Below, piece by piece: positions 61,809 to 64,000 of a DNA stretch of 64,000 bases. This DNA comes from Octopus bimaculoides (Eukaryota). Within the stretch, counting starts at the first letter, position 1. Every line of letters begins with the position of its first letter. The notes under the pieces are model-generated. The model had not been told where the DNA came from. It searched no databases and saw only the letters and a program-made list of their open reading frames with translations. The position numbers and the translations under genes were made by a program. The stretch covers positions 12,772,153-12,836,152 of the forward strand of contig NC_068988.1 in assembly GCF_001194135.2 (NCBI RefSeq). The letters run 5' to 3'.

Positions 61809-62864
61809 CTATAATGGGAAAAAGAAAAAATATATGAAATAAAATATCCAAAAATACAGGGGAAAGAGGTGCCTGAAAGAAAGAAAAATTAGTATTAAAG
61901 CAGCAGGGAGGTAGGTAGAAAGAGAGGCGCTGTTTTTGCCGTAAAGCTTTGCAAATAACACACTTAACAGCAGGAACATAAACTGGTTATTATCAATTAA
62001 ATTTCCTCCTTTAACTTGTAGACCACTGTTGGTTACTTAAGGCCTACAACCATCTGCCAATATTACAATGCCCATGATAAATATCTCCATATAATTCAAT
62101 CCCAAAACCAAGGCCATAGCACTCTCATCCAACTACTGGCATCCATCCCCCACCCTACAATTTTCTATATTGGACAAATGCATCCTACTACTGCCCACTT
62201 AAATGATACAGTGTTAATAAAGTCCCCTAGCTTGAGAAAACATTTACTGCTAATGAATTGATATATACTTTAGTATTTGGATGCAAACTAATGTTGTACT
62301 ATGTAGAAGATTGCAACAAAATTAATTACACTAAAAATCTGACGGTAAGCTTGTCTAATAAACAATATTAAAATTTAAATATTTATCAAAGAAAAGGCTG
62401 TGTGCTGACATTTGTATTTAGTATGCACATATATAGTTTTTGATAATATGCCTATGTTGTTTCAATATGCATTTCTATGGACTATGACTGCAAATTAATT
62501 TGTAATGTTTGTCTTTTTGATGCTTCATGCTTGTAACCAGATTTGCAAACTCTCTTTATTCAGCAATATCTGCTGTATATAGCAAACTTGTGTCTGTTAT
62601 TAACTAAATAGGTGTGAAACAACTGTCAACAATACTGCCTTCCATCTGCTCAGTAATTCTCCCAGGCCCACAGATTGTCAAATACAACTTGAAGGCTAGA
62701 TTGACTAGCCTAACAAACTATATGGAAGAGGTTGTAGAAGACAGCCACCAAGTTCTTCAACTCAAAACACACACAAATTATCAATAGTTGTTGGTGATTA
62801 GACAACTGAATGAAGCCATGAATGCAACATTGGGCAAATCTGCTGTTGACAGCACATTCAACAG

Positions 62865-63672
62865 TATGAAATGGTATCAAAAAGTTCCCAGACTAATTCT
62901 GCAACACACAATTGCATGCGAAGTGAGAGCTAGCAGTGACATTGCTGTGTTTTCCTCACAAGTTGTGAAATTTGTATTTTTGTGATCTCGTGTATGCTGT
63001 AGGCTGTGATTTCGTCATGAACAGGATGTTGGAACAAAGAGCCAACATGAAACTTTGTGTTAAACTTAGGAAGTCTGCTACAGAGACATTGGTAAGCTTA
63101 TGGCAATGAGGCAATGGGTCGTACGCAATGTTTCAAGTGGGACAGGCACTTCAAAAGCGCAAGAACATCCTTGGAAAACGATGAGCAATCTGGAAGACCT
63201 GCCATGATCATCAAGAATTTGTCTCTCAGGACTAGACTGTCAATGGAGAGTTTTTTAAAGACATTTTGAAGCATTTGAGGGAGGACATTCGGCAAAAGTG
63301 ACTGGATCTATGGAGCATGAAGAATTCCATTCTTCATGACAATGCACCCTGTCACCAAGCTCTCCTCATTCATGAGTTCCTTGCCAAAAATAACATGGTA
63401 TCACTTCCACACCCATCCTATTCGCCAAATTTAGCATCTGCTAAAGATGAAAATGCAGCTCAAAAGTCACCGTTTTAATATTGTCAAGATCCAGAGTGAA
63501 TCATGGAAGGTCCTCAACTTGCTTATGGAAAACAACTTTCAGGCCAGATTCCAAAAGTGGTGAGAACACTGGGACCAGTGTATAGCTGCACAAGGCGACT
63601 ATTTTGAAAGAGATGATGTTAAAACTTACGTAAATAAGTTTTTATTAACCATAGTCTGAGAACCACCTCATA
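62865..63672 (+). mobile_element. Degenerate, internally deleted mariner (Tc1/mariner) transposon in a WAC intron
   Basis: TA at both ends; left TIR TATGAAATGGTATCAAAAAGTTCCCAGACT, right TIR with an internal deletion. Transposase remnants EQRANMKLCVKLRKSATET (HTH) and LHDNAPCH...HPSYSPNLAS (decayed YSPDLAP motif), with stops and frameshifts. Confidence 0.85.
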
Positions 63673-64000
63673 TTATGGTTATAAATAGTTCTGACAACTT
63701 TTTCATCATTTAACCACAAACTAATTAAATGATGGCAGTCTCTGCACTAATTGGGAAAACTAGTAGTCATTGGGTATTCTCACTATCTGAGAGTTGATTA
63801 TACCATGAGTATTAAAAGCACGCTATTAAGCTGTTAAAAAATGTGCAAAACTTTGCCAATAGTAGAACCTAACTTTTGCAAAATGCAATTCATCTTTTTA
63901 TACCTACCAAATAAATAAGTGGTAGGTGTAATAAGTATTTAAACATTAAGTTTGTGAGCAATGCTGTGAAGATGCAGATTGATACAACAGCAGTCACGGG

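Overview
Eukaryotic, AT-rich, microsatellite- and SINE-dense DNA with six assembly gaps. The repeat families look like those of an octopod cephalopod (Octopus-like); this is an inference from recall. Supported genes: (1) a 15-exon GEMIN4 orthologue on + (12435-27183, about 1110 aa, splice phases consistent throughout); (2) the last five coding exons of WAC on - (61808 down to 58510; its 5' end lies beyond the window); (3) a four-coding-exon gene on - (42819 down to 33671) encoding a ~280-aa basic, Ser/Pro-rich protein with one C-terminal transmembrane helix that I cannot assign to a family; (4) an intact tRNA-Ala(TGC) at 10100-10171. Mobile DNA: many tRNA-derived SINE copies, a Helitron (38440-39870), a deleted mariner (62865-63672) and LINE fragments. 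The most unusual signal is three separate head-to-head inverted duplications (about 4.4-4.65 kb, 27.8-28.2 kb and 30.4-30.6 kb), each carrying type-I hammerhead-ribozyme-like cores. One is a spacerless ~466-bp palindrome whose arms join a tRNA-like Pol III head to the hammerhead-like motif. A possible Penelope-like RT fragment lies near 32.6 kb. All homology calls are from memory and manual translation; no searches were run.
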